From Octopus sinensis (taxonomy: Eukaryota): 64,000 nt of DNA. Location of the stretch: contig NC_043013.1 of the NCBI RefSeq assembly GCF_006345805.1, forward strand, positions 14,012,001-14,076,000. Reading direction: 5' to 3'. This document shows, piece by piece, positions 51,700-63,571 of this stretch. Each line of letters begins with the position of its first letter. Positions within the stretch are counted from its first letter, which is position 1. The notes beneath the pieces are model-generated. The model was not told the DNA's origin and made no database searches. It saw nothing but the letters and a program-made list of their open reading frames with translations. The position numbers and the translations under genes are program-made.

Positions 51700-52150
51700 T
51701 CATCATCATCATCATCATCGTTTAACGTCCGCTTTCCATGCTAGCATGGGTTGGACGGTTCAACTGGGGTCTGGCAAGCCCGAAGGCTGCACCAGGCCAG
51801 TCAGATCTGGCAGTGTTTCTACAGCTGGATGCCCTTCCTAACGCCAACCACTCCGAGAGTGTAGTGGGTGATTTTATGTGCCACCGACACAGGTGCCAGA
51901 CGAGGCTGGCAGACGGCCATGCTCGGATGGTGTTTTCTATGTGCCACCGACACAGGTGCCAGATGAGGCTGGCAGACGGCCACGCTCGAATGGTGTTTTT
52001 TATGTGCCACCGACACAGGTGCCAGACGAGGCTGGCGAACGACCACGATCGGATGGTGTTTGTTACATGCCCACAGCACGGAGGCCAGTCAATGCGGTAC
52101 TGGCTACGACCACGTTCGGATGGTTTTCTTATGTGCCACCGGCACTGGTA
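51700..52150 (-). mobile_element. SINE family C with 5 internal ~63-bp units
   Basis: Unit markers at 51876, 51939, 52002, 52067 and 52131. Confidence 0.88.
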
Positions 52151-52218
52151 CCACAAGGATACAAATTCCATTGATGTTCATCTATTTTGATTTGGTTTGA
52201 TTTGATTTGATTTGATTT

Positions 52219-52271
<53 letters not shown>

Positions 52272-52317
52272 CATATATATACATATATATATAAGCATAT
52301 ATATGTATATATATAGC

Positions 52318-52478
52318 GCGAGCATGGCTGTGTGGTAAGAAGCTTGCTTCCCAACCACATGGTTCCGGGTTCATTCTCACTGCATGACACCTTAGGCAAG
52401 TGTCTTCTAATATAGTTTTGGATTGACCAAAGTTTTGTGAGAGGATTTGGTAGACAGAAACTGAAAGAAGCCCGTTGT
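52318..52478 (+). mobile_element. SINE family A, 5' half
   Basis: Head through GAAAGAAGCCCG. Confidence 0.85.
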
Positions 52479-52529
52479 ATATATATATATATATATATAT
52501 ATACTTTATTTAAAGCAGCAGAAAATTCA

Positions 52530-52581
52530 ACAAAATCTGTTACTCTGAGTTTCTCGTTGCCGTTCATCAGACAGTTTTTGC
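52530..52581 (-). ncRNA. Minimal type I hammerhead ribozyme (left arm)
   Basis: Exact reverse complement of 52593-52644. Confidence 0.72.
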
Positions 52582-52592
52582 TAGAATGGACA

Positions 52593-52644
52593 GCAAAAAC
52601 TGTCTGATGAACGGCAACGAGAAACTCAGAGTAACAGATTTTGT
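52593..52644 (+). ncRNA. Minimal type I hammerhead ribozyme (right arm)
   Basis: GCAAAAACUGU CUGAUGA ACG-GCAA-CGA GAAA CUC A GAG U A ACAGAUUUUGU. Stem I has 10 pairs and 1 mismatch, stem II has a GNRA loop with an A-A mismatch at 10.1/11.1, stem III is palindromic, and the triplet is GUA (cut predicted after 52633). Confidence 0.72.
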
Positions 52645-53001
52645 TGAATTTTCTGCTGCTTTAAATAAAGCATATTACTCTACCACTGGTATTTGAGTAC
52701 TCTTTTTTCCACCTTGTTTCACATTTATGTCTTTACTCCGGTATATATATATATATATATATCTTTGGAAAGCTACCTATAATCTGGAAGCCATTTAGAT
52801 TAAAGGACTCATGTTAATATGACAAGAATATTATTGGTTTTGAATTTTGGTACAAGGCCAGCAATTTCAGGGCGGAAGAAAGTTGATTACATTGATCCCT
52901 TTTATGAACTGGTACTTATTTTATTAAGCTGGAATGGATGAAAGGCAATGTTGACTTTGGTAGATTTAGTATGTTTTTTTTTTCCTTTTTTTACTATATA
53001 T

Positions 53002-53589
53002 GTGTGGAGACAGCCAAAAGGAGCATTTGATCCAGACAGTTTTCTTCCTACTGTTAAACATGGAGGAGGATCTGTGATGATCTGGGGTGCTATGTCTTGA
53101 AAATCCACTGGTCCAATGGTTTCCTTTCATGGTAAAATTAATAGTCAAGACTATTTAAAGATTTTATCTGATCAAATTCATCTTATGGTTGCGGAACTAT
53201 TTCTGGAGGGAAACGCAATCTTTCACGATGATAATGCACCAATTCACATGGCTAAAGTTGTTACTGAATGGGTTGAGGAACATTCTAGTAAAGTTGAACA
53301 TCTTATCTGGCAACCACAGTCCCCTGATCTCAATATCGTTGAACATTTATGGTGCATTTTTAGAAAAACAAGTAAGGAGTCAATATCCTTCACCATCATC
53401 ATTTACAAGAACTGGAGACTGTTTTAGCAGAAGAAGGGACAAAAATTTCTTTGGAGACAATTCAAACTTTGTATGAGTCCATACCTCATAGAATTTAAGC
53501 TGCAATTACTGCCAAAGGCAATCCTACTCCATATTAAAATAAATTTGTTTGAAATTTTAAGGTGTTTCCATTATTTTGTCCAACCCCTG
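53002..53589 (+). mobile_element. Tc1-type transposon, right half: DD34E transposase fragment and right TIR
   Basis: PTVKHGGGSVMIWG, IFHDDNAPIH and WQPQSPDLNIVEHLW; ends GTCCAACCCCTG|TA; contains an in-frame stop and frameshifts. Confidence 0.92.
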
Positions 53590-53598
53590 TATATATAT

Positions 53599-53630
<32 letters not shown>

Positions 53631-54509
53631 ATATATATATATATATATAAATAATAAATAAAACATATGCATATACACATACATATATGTACTTACCTAC
53701 ATCTATATGTATATACACATGCATATATGGGTACAGGACACAAAAAAACGTAGAACACAATGAGAAACGAAAACATAAAAACAAACGATGAGGGTTGTTA
53801 AGCCAAGACAATGGAAAAATACATATATATACATACACACACATATTTATATACATACACACATGTATGCTTGTGTGTGCATGCATAGATTGGTATGAGT
53901 GTGTGTATCTCATTGCCTCAACATTGTATACTAGTTGTAAATGAATGTCATTAATTGAGTGTCATTAATTTCTAGTATTCTGTGAAAAACATGTCTGTCC
54001 ATTTTGGAAAATTTAGCTTGCTTGGAAACAGTCATGCGTTGGCTACAGGAAGGATATATGGCTTGAGAAAATCTGCTTCGGCAAATTTCTGCCCAACCAA
54101 TGTGGACACGGAAAATTGAACAGTAAAATGTGATGATAACAATGATTGACACACACACACACACACACACCTATGTATGTTCTCTTTCTAATGTTTTGAG
54201 TACATTTTGACTAGTCACCTACTTGGTAGCAAGGTTGTCAAGGAAAGAATCTTGTTTTAACCACCATCCTTTAAATCTTAAGAAGGTCTTGCAGATTTTT
54301 GTGGTTCCTTATATCGTAATCATTTATAGCATACAAATTATAGATTTGCATTCTCTCCCCAAAACCCCAAGTTCAACCACACTTTGCTCCAGACAGGTTG
54401 GTATGAATCCTGTTGCTCCAATAATAATAACTATGAGGCTAAAAGTGTCTTGGGTACTGGATTTGCAAACTTATTAATGGTACATAGGTATCCCCTTTCT
54501 CATGTATGT

Positions 54510-54965
54510 CATCATCATCATCATCGTTTAACATCCACTTTCCATGCTAGCATGGGTTGGACGATTTTGACTGAGGGCTGGGGAACCAGATGGCTGCACA
54601 AGGCTCCAGTCTTGATCTGGCAGAGTTTCTACAGCTGGATGCCCTTCCTAATGCCAACCACTCTGAGAGTGTAGTGGGTGCTTTTTACGTGCCACCGGCA
54701 TGGGGGCCAGTCAGGCAGTGCTGGCAATGACCTCACTTGAATCTTTTTACACATGTCACCGGCACAGGTGTCAGTAAGGCGACACTGGTAATGGTCACAC
54801 TCGAATGGTGCCCTTGTACGTGGCACCGGCACAGAAGCCAGTTGGCTGCTCTGGTAACGATCACGCTCGGATACTGCTCTTGGCACCCTACTAGCACGGG
54901 CACAAGTACCAGTAAGGCGATGCTGGTAATGATCACACTCGAATAGTGCCCTTTTATGTGCCACT
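54510..54965 (-). mobile_element. SINE family C with 5 diverged internal units
   Basis: Same tail as 51700; repeated CTCG(A/G)ATGGTGC..ATGTGCCAC motifs. Confidence 0.85.
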
Positions 54966-54968
54966 GGC

Positions 54969-55150
54969 AAGATCTAATGGGAAGATAGAACTCCTTGTCA
55001 ATACCTTCAAGAGAGCCCTAAGAAAGTCAAATAAGGAAGTTACGGATGAGGTAGCTCAACAACAATTTTTAAGAGTGTACCATGTGAAACCAAATCTGAA
55101 TACACCAGCAGGTAGCTCACCAGCGGAGCTGATGTTTGCAAGGAAAGTAG
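54969..55150 (+). pseudogene. Gypsy integrase core C-terminal fragment
   Basis: SNGKIELLVNTFKRALRK...QFLRVYHVKPNLNTPAGSSPAELMFARK. Confidence 0.8.
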
Positions 55151-55467
55151 CACACATACCTTCGAATATATTTCCATAAATAAGGTTCTCTACAAGTTAT
55201 AGGAAACACACGACACTGTTTCTAAGACTGAAATCAAAATATTCTATCTGAAGCACTTGGCAAATACCTTATCAGTAAACAGCAGTGCAACACAGCATGT
55301 GACAGAAGTTAAGCATACTAAATACTTTATAAAGCAATCAATAAACTGTGAAACAATCCATCGGAAGACCATCCCCCTATCCCCTTGTGCATATCAAAAG
55401 TATAAAAGAAATGTGTTTGTATTCTTAAAATGCTCTTTATCACATCTAATGGCTCTCAGATAGTCAA

Positions 55468-55693
55468 CCCTTTTGATACCAACCTGCTTGAAATTGCCTC
55501 TGGCTCTGTAGTATAAATGTCTTGTTTTTAAAAGTTCTTAATTAAAATCTTCTGCCAAACCCAAGCCACAATTTATGTTCCTAATACTAGCTGAATGATA
55601 ACTAAGTTATTTTACTAAATTCTTTGTTTTATCTAAAATTAACTGAAAGCAACACAGAGAATCTCAAAAGAAATATGGTAAAAAAAAAAAGGG
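55468..55693. mobile_element. piggyBac-type MITE, second family
   Basis: TCAA|CCCTTTTGATACCA ... TGGTAAAAAAAAAAAGGG|TTAA. Confidence 0.55.
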
Positions 55694-55994
55694 TTAAATT
55701 TATTTGAGAACTTCTACCTCATGATTTAATGACAAGTCAAAAATATGCAAGTGAAACTATCCATCACAGTGATGGCTTGGTTGCTGGAAGCTTTAAATGG
55801 TAGCTGAACATTCTTTGCTATAGGAAGGAGATTGGGTACATCTTCTCTGAGAGTGATCAACAAATTGTAAAAAAGATCTCTTAGGAGACTCCGTCATCAC
55901 TCTCTTAACTCACATTGAAAGTATACCATAAATGTTTTTTAAATTTGTATATAACTTTTTATCATTGCAAAGGCTTTCTAATATTTGAATTTAT

Positions 55995-56253
55995 TTCTGT
56001 CGGTGACATGTAAAAGCACCAACTGATCGTGGCTGTTTGCCAGCCTTCTCTGGCTCCTGTGCTGGTGGCACGTAAAAAGCACCCACTACACTCATGGAGT
56101 GGTTGGCATTAGGAAGGGCATCCAGCTGTAGAAACACTGCCAGATTGGATTGGAGCCTGGTGCAGACTCTTGGCTTACCAGACCCTGGTCAAACCATCCA
56201 ATCCAAGCTAGCATGGAAAACGAACGTTAAACTATGATGATGATGATGATGAT
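55995..56253 (+). mobile_element. SINE family C with (GAT)n tail
   Basis: Sense-orientation copy ending GTTAAACTATGATGATGATG. Confidence 0.85.
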
Positions 56254-56495
56254 TTCTGACACAAGTGTTGGGCACAAAAAAGGTATATTTTGTGAAGCTG
56301 GAACTTTAAAAAAAAAATTAATCCTTCGTTAGCAGTATCATAATTAATAGGACTACTGCCATTATGATCATCACCATCATTGCCACCTCCACCATTCTTG
56401 TCACCACCACTACCACCATCACCAACACAACAATATTACAGACCAGTACCACCATCATTTTCATCATCACCACCACAATCACGACTAACAATGCC

Positions 56496-57055
56496 TATTT
56501 CTTTACTACCCACAAGGGGCTAAACACAGAGAGGACAAACAAGGGCAGACAAACGGATTAAGTCGATTATATCGACCCCAGTGCGTAACTGGTACTTATT
56601 TAATCGACCCTGAAAGGATGAAAGGCAAAGTCGACCTTGGTGGAATTTAAACTCAGAACGTAACGGCAAAGGAAATACCTATTTCTTTATTACCCACAAG
56701 GGGCTAAACACAGAGGGGACAAACAAGGACAGACATAGGTATTAAGTCGATTTCATCGACCCCAGTGCGTAACTGGTACTTAATTTATCGACCCCGAAAG
56801 GATGAAAGGCAAAGTCGACCTCGGCGGAATTTGAACTCACAACGTAACGCAGACGTGAGTTCAAATTCCGCCGAGGTCGACTTTGCCTTTCATCCTTTCG
56901 GGGTCGATTAAATAAGTACCAGTTACGCACTGGGGTCGATATAATCGACTTAATCCGTTTGTCTGCCCTTGTTTGTCCTCTCTGTGTTTAGCAAAGGAAA
57001 TACCATTGAGCATTTCGCCCCGTGTGCTAACGATTCTGCCAGCTCACTGCCTTTT
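56496..57055 (-). mobile_element. SINE family B trimer with the third monomer inverted
   Basis: Imperfect TSD CAC(G/A)ACTAACAAT(G/A)CC at 56480-56495 and 57056-57071; inverted segment at 56855-56992. Confidence 0.88.
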
Positions 57056-57253
57056 CACAACTAACAATACCATCAACATCTTTATCATCATATAGACTTA
57101 TAACTAATTTCATTGATAGAAATTTGAACCACTGTATCCCCACATCCTGTCATCACATAACAATCTAACATGGAAAGTCTTGCTGGCTCCAACAACAACT
57201 TGTAAACTGGTACCATGAGCAGGTGCAATTAAATACACTGTAAACATTTCTAA

Positions 57254-57329
<76 letters not shown>

Positions 57330-57642
57330 ACTAGATTTATTTTACTTGTTTCCCCCCTTCTTTCATTCGTCTTACTCTTTCTCTCCCTCACGCACATAGA
57401 CGCACACAAATACACATACACACATATACACACAAAGGGCTGCTTGTGTGTGAGGGTAAATGTGTGCATGTGCATATGTGTGCATGTGCATATGTGTGTG
57501 TGTGTGTGTATATGTGTGTACGTGCATGCATGTGTACATGTGGTGTCTATCTGCTTGTCTATACATGTGTGTCAGGTGATCAGAGAAGACACTTGTTGTT
57601 AGAGGAAAGAGGAAAGTGAAACAAGCAGCAGCAATAATAACG

Positions 57643-57701
<59 letters not shown>

Positions 57702-58139
57702 TAATAATAATGGTAGTTGTGGTGGTAGTGGCTGTGTTAGAGATGGTAGAGAGGTGTTAGTGATAATGATTGGTGGAGAAGGAGGAGGAGGAAGAAATGA
57801 TGGCTATTTAAAATAATAATTGAACCCCTGTGGCCATTCCTCAGGGTCCCAGCTGTCTGAGGGAGAGATGCTGACAGTATTGGTGGTAGCAGTGATGGTG
57901 ATGGGGATGCTAGTGGTGTGGAGGACAGTGATGCTGTCCATGATAATGGTGATGGTCATGTGGTGCTACTGACCCCACCTATATGCTTACCTGTCTTTCA
58001 TTGCCAATTCTCACCTACCTCACCTGTCTTCTCTATTACCTTGCTCTCTTTCTCTCCTTTGGTCTTTACTCCTCTCTCTCCCATTTGTCTTTACTCTCCT
58101 TCTCTCTTGTCCCCCTTTTTAATTTCTGTCACCTCTGCT

Positions 58140-58183
<44 letters not shown>

Positions 58184-58227
58184 ATACACACACACACACA
58201 TGTATTTATATATATAAATATATAAAT

Positions 58228-58265
<38 letters not shown>

Positions 58266-58277
58266 TCACACACACAC

Positions 58278-58299
<22 letters not shown>

Positions 58300-58319
<20 letters not shown>

Positions 58320-59253
58320 CTAGATAGACAGACACATACACCTGTATACATATCTATATATGTATCTATATATTTATCAAGATTTGATGTACCTGTATAT
58401 ATTGTATATATATATTTAAACACATACATGCATATATATATATACATACACATCTATACATACACAAATGTATATACATATAACATACATATGTATATAT
58501 ACATATATCCATGCACACATACAAATACATATATATTCATATGCATACACACAAACACACAGACACATATATTTACATACATATTCATATACATAGATGC
58601 ATACACACACCACACACACACACACACATATATATTCATATACACACACACCCACACACATACACACACACACACACACAAACCACACTTCTGTCTTTTT
58701 TCTTTACTTAGTACTTACTGTAAGCTGGCTTTTTTTTCTCTTTCTTACCTGTCACACATTGTCAACATAGAAAACAATAAAAAAAAAACACTACCACCAC
58801 CACCATCACCGCCACCACCACCACCACCACCACCGCCACCACCACTATCACCACCACCACCACCACCACCACCACTACTACTACATATTATTATAGCTTC
58901 TGCTGATACTGTTACTACACCTGCTGTTACTACTGTCACTACCACCATTACCTCCAATGCCACCACCACCTCTATTAATACTAATAGTAATAAAGAAAGA
59001 AAGAAGAAAGAAAGAAAAACAGAAAATATCCTGTCCTTTAAAACCTTGATCATTGTAAGACAGAGATGTATACCTATGGTCTGGCCATCAAGTTTACCTG
59101 AGTTTTCTCCATATATATATATGAACACATAAATACGTTAATGACAATATGGATATAGTGACTTAGACTACCTGTAGAGTACACCTTTCTCTACATACAC
59201 ACACATATATATAATATATATAGTCTCCCTAACTATTATTTACAAACACACAA

Positions 59254-59292
<39 letters not shown>

Positions 59293-59575
59293 CTAGATAG
59301 ACAGACACATACACCTGTATACATATCTATATATGTATCTATATATTTATCAAGATTTGATGTACCTGTATATATTGTATATATATATTTAAACACATAC
59401 ATGCATATATATATATACATACACATCTATACATACACAAATGTATATACATATAACATACATATGTATATATACATATATCCATGCACACATACAAATA
59501 CATATATATTCATATGCATACACACAAACACACAGACACATATATTTACATACATATTCATATACATAGATGCAT

Positions 59576-59607
<32 letters not shown>

Positions 59608-60240
59608 TCATATACACACACACACCCACACACATACACACACACACACACAAACCACACTTCTGTCTTTTTTCTTTACTTAGTACTTACTGTAAGCTGG
59701 CTTTTTTTTTCTCTTTCTTACCTGTCACACATTGTCAACATAGAAAACAATAAAAAAAAAACACTACCACCACCACCATCACCGCCACCACCACCACCAC
59801 CACCACCGCCACCACCACTATCACCACCACCACCACCACCACCACCACTACTACTACATATTATTATAGCTTCTGCTGATACTGTTACTACACCTGCTGT
59901 TACTACTGTCACTACCACCATTACCTCCAATGCCACCACCACCTCTATTAATACTAATAGTAATAAAGAAAGAAAGAAAGAAAGAAAGAAAAACAGAAAA
60001 TATCCTGTCCTTTAAAACCTTGATCATTGTAAGACAGAGATGTATACCTATGGTCTGGCCATCAAGTTTACCTGAGTTTTCTCCATATATATATATGAAC
60101 ACATAAATACGTTAATGACAATATGGATATAGTGACTTAGACTACCTGTAGAGTACACCTTTCTCTACATACACACACATATATATAATATATATATAGT
60201 CTCCCTAACTATTATTTACAAACACACAAATATATATATA
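58300..60240. repeat. ~973-bp near-identical tandem duplication with breakpoints in (TA)n
   Basis: GCTAGATAGACAGAC at 58319 and 59292; the differences I found are in microsatellite or homopolymer lengths. Confidence 0.95.
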
Positions 60241-60280
60241 TATATACACATACATAAACACAAATACATACATACATACA

Positions 60281-60316
<36 letters not shown>

Positions 60317-60929
60317 CATAAATATATAAACATATAATTTCTGTGTATGTAAACTCTTTGTTTACATAAATGCTTTTTAAGACAAATATTAGGTAGTTGG
60401 TATAAGATAATCGTGTTTCTATGCATATATTGATCTATTTATATAGATATTGATTAATAGATACATATATCGGAATGTGCAGTCATACATAAATTGAGCA
60501 CACATACATATGCATACATAAAGCTGTGCACATATACATAAATGCACATACATACATACATATATAGATTATACATAAATATATAGATATTCATCTTATG
60601 TCTGGATAGCCTTTGACGCAAAAACTGCATTTATTGGAATGGTAACTTCGCATGAGACATGGAGGAGGATTTAAATATATTTTTGTTACGGAGAAATAAG
60701 GTTTGTTCCTTTTAGTTTTTTAATTTGTGTGTGTGTGTGTGTTTGGTCTGAAGTTTTTTGCATATATTTGTTTCACACTCTCACTTTTCTCCTTCTCTGT
60801 TGACTCTTTTGCCATCATTATTACCCCCCACCCCACCCCACCATCATCATCATCATCATCATCTTCATCATCGTCATCATTGTCCTTGTCATCATCATCA
60901 TCACCATCACAATAATGCAACTAGCTGTT

Positions 60930-61349
60930 TGAAAATTTGGCACAAGGCCAGACAATTTTGAGGGCAGGGGAGAGGGGGGAAGAAATTAAGTTGACCTCCT
61001 CACTGCCCCATACTTGACTGATACTCTATTTTGTCAAACCTGGAAGAACGAAAGACAAATTTGAACTCGGAATGTAAAGAGTCGGAAGAAAGGCCCCTTA
61101 TAATAATAATCCTTTGTAATAGACACAAAATCTGAAATTTCGAGGGAGAGGACTATTGATTAAACTGACCTAAGTATTCAACTGGTACTTTTTTTATCAA
61201 CCCCAAAAAGGTGAAGGGCAAAGTCAACCTAAACAGAATTTGAATTCAGTATATAAAACCAGTGGATATGCCGGAAGCATTTTTTCTGACATGTTAATAA
61301 TTCTGCCATCTTGACACCTATAATAATAATGATAATAATAATAATAATG

Positions 61350-61411
<62 letters not shown>

Positions 61412-61422
61412 TAATAATAATG

Positions 61423-61464
<42 letters not shown>

Positions 61465-61835
61465 GCTTCAAATTTTGGCACAGAGCCAGAAGTTCATGAG
61501 GGAAGGGAAGTCAATTACATTGACCCCCCCCCCCCAGTGATTGAGTGGTACTTATTTTGTTGACCCTGAAAGTATGAAAAGCAAAGTTGATCTCAGGGTA
61601 ATTTGAACTCAGAATGTAAAACTGAAAGAAAATGCCACAGAACATTTTGTCCAGCATGCCAATGACTGTGCTAGTTTGCTGCCTAATAATAATAATAATA
61701 ATAATAATAGTTTGCCGAGGTCAACTTTGCCTTTCATCCTTTTGGGGTTGATAAATTAAGTACCAGTAAGACACTGGGCTTGATGTAATCAACTAGTCCC
61801 CTCCCCACAAATTTCAGGCCTTGTACCTATCATAG
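60930..61835. mobile_element. Cluster of older SINE B-core copies with alternative tails, interspersed with (AAT)n
   Basis: Minus-strand copies near 60930-61090, 61110-61320 and 61463-61685; plus-strand copy at 61711-61835. Confidence 0.75.
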
Positions 61836-61849
61836 TAGGTACATTAGGT

Positions 61850-62085
61850 ATGATAAAAAAAATATTGAGACAAATGCATAACAAAAACACCAGGACTTAC
61901 AAATATATATAACATACAGAAAATTGCACTACTGGGCACTGCACACATTCTACACAAAACACTTTCAATATGGTAACCGTAAGAGCACCACAACAAACCA
62001 CAGCACATACCCAAGGCACACAGACCTGCGCTCAGTAGTGAAGTCAAAGCATGCTATAAAAATAAAATAACTGGATGATGATGAT
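61850..62085 (+). pseudogene. RLE-type (R4/Dong-like) LINE C-terminus and 3' UTR with (GAT)n(AAT)n tail
   Basis: ITKTPGLTNIYNIQKIALLGTAHILHKTLSIW* (61878-61976). Confidence 0.6.
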
Positions 62086-62123
62086 GATGATGATAATAAT
62101 AATAATAATAATAATAATAATCT

Positions 62124-62510
62124 TTTCTTTATTAACCACTGAGGGTTCATATAAAAGATTGGAGACAATGCAGGACAGTACAAAACAAGTGGGATTGGAA
62201 TGTGTAAATAAAGAAAAACAATAAAAATTAAACAGTTAAATCCCCAAAAGTGGGCAACTTCCAAGGGCTGCTTGTGGAAACCCCAGAAAAACCACGAACC
62301 CCCTGACCTCTTGGGCAAGTACCCTTTTCTCTTCATCCAACCTTGATCTTGAGTTGCTTGCTTAGAGTATGCCTATTCACTCGAGCCTTTCGTGCTAGAT
62401 TCACCCAAAATCGCTGGAAGGCAGCACCTCCCTCTCTATCCTCACTTACCTTTTCTATAGGGTATCAGACAAAATACTTCGTAGTATTGTTTCTGGATCT
62501 TTATACAATG
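62124..62510 (-). mobile_element. Tx1/L1-like LINE 3' end
   Basis: RKVRIEREVLPS, a frameshift, then FWVNLARKARVNRHTLS; tail ACCCTCAGTGGTTAATAAAGAAA followed by (TTA)n(TCA)n. Confidence 0.6.
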
Positions 62511-62744
62511 AATTCAAATCTTGCTAACATCAATTTTACCTGTCACTCGTGTGGTGGGGGTCAGTGAAATAAATTACCAGCCAATGACAAGAACTAACCC
62601 CATTCCTCAAAATTACTGGCCTTGTGCCTAAATCAGAAAACACTATTATCATTCAATTCATTTTTATTGTGTGCTCTCACCACTCTTTCAACCACAGTTG
62701 GTAGCGCAGTTTGTTTTGGTGTTCTTATTTTTACAGTAGTAAGG

Positions 62745-62960
62745 CGGTGACCTGGGAGAATCATTAGCATGTCGGGGGGGAAATGCTTAGCAGTATTTTG
62801 CCCATCACTACATTCTGAGTTCAAATCCCACCGAGGTCAACTTTGCCTTTCATCCTTTTGGGGTTGATAAATTAAGTACCAGTGAGACACTGGGCTCGAT
62901 GTAATCAACTAGTACCCTCTCCACAAATTTCAGGCCTTGTACCTAATGTATAAAGATTAT
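62745..62960 (+). mobile_element. SINE B-core copy with alternative tail
   Basis: Tail TTTCAGGCCTTGTACCTA...GATTATTATT; closely similar to 61711-61835. Confidence 0.8.
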
Positions 62961-63288
62961 TATTTTTCCAGTATGAAAATACTTTATGTAAGGGATGTTT
63001 GGCCTCGGGACTGGCATGAACTGATTAGATTTTGGGATTGATTCAGTACGGGACAAGGATTCTGGATTATTTTTCCTGTTTTTTTTTTTTACTTAATTTT
63101 TGAGAATGGTCGGGTTCATTTTTAGTATTCTCATTTGTGAGAGCAGTTGTGTTTATTTCAGATATTCTCATTTTAAAATTCATCAGGGTCAACAAAATAA
63201 GTACCACTCAATCACTGGTGGGGGGTGGTCAATGTAATTGACTTCCCCCTCCCTAAAGAACTTCTGGCTCTGTGCCAAAATTTGAAGC

Positions 63289-63321
<33 letters not shown>

Positions 63322-63339
63322 TATCATTATTATTATTAT

Positions 63340-63498
63340 TGAGTGAGAGAGCAGTTCATGCCATCAAAGTGACACTGGGGTAAAATATACGAAGCCCAAT
63401 ATACCCACCATGACTACCCGTCTGATAAGGGTACACCAGGCACATGCATCACAACCATATGTGCACGACATGGTGATCTCATATCAAGATAAACAGCA

Positions 63499-63500
<2 letters not shown>
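63340..63500 (-). mobile_element. LINE-like 3' tail fragment embedded in (TTA)n
   Basis: Unique block between (TCA)/(TTA)n tracts; family not identified. Confidence 0.35.

Positions 63501-63571
<71 letters not shown>

Larger units (their letters stand above)
52504..52742. mobile_element. Penelope-like terminus in inverted configuration between (TA)n tracts
   Basis: Perfect 79-bp arms at 52504-52582 and 52592-52670, 9-nt spacer, single-copy tail to 52742. Confidence 0.75.

Noticed and set aside
51876-52145. CRISPR array
   Set aside because: Eukaryotic context, no cas genes, the variable parts are homologous to one another, and the array is internal to a SINE.
53116-53476. Functional Tc1 transposase
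   Set aside because: N-terminal half and left TIR are missing; in-frame stop and frameshifts present.
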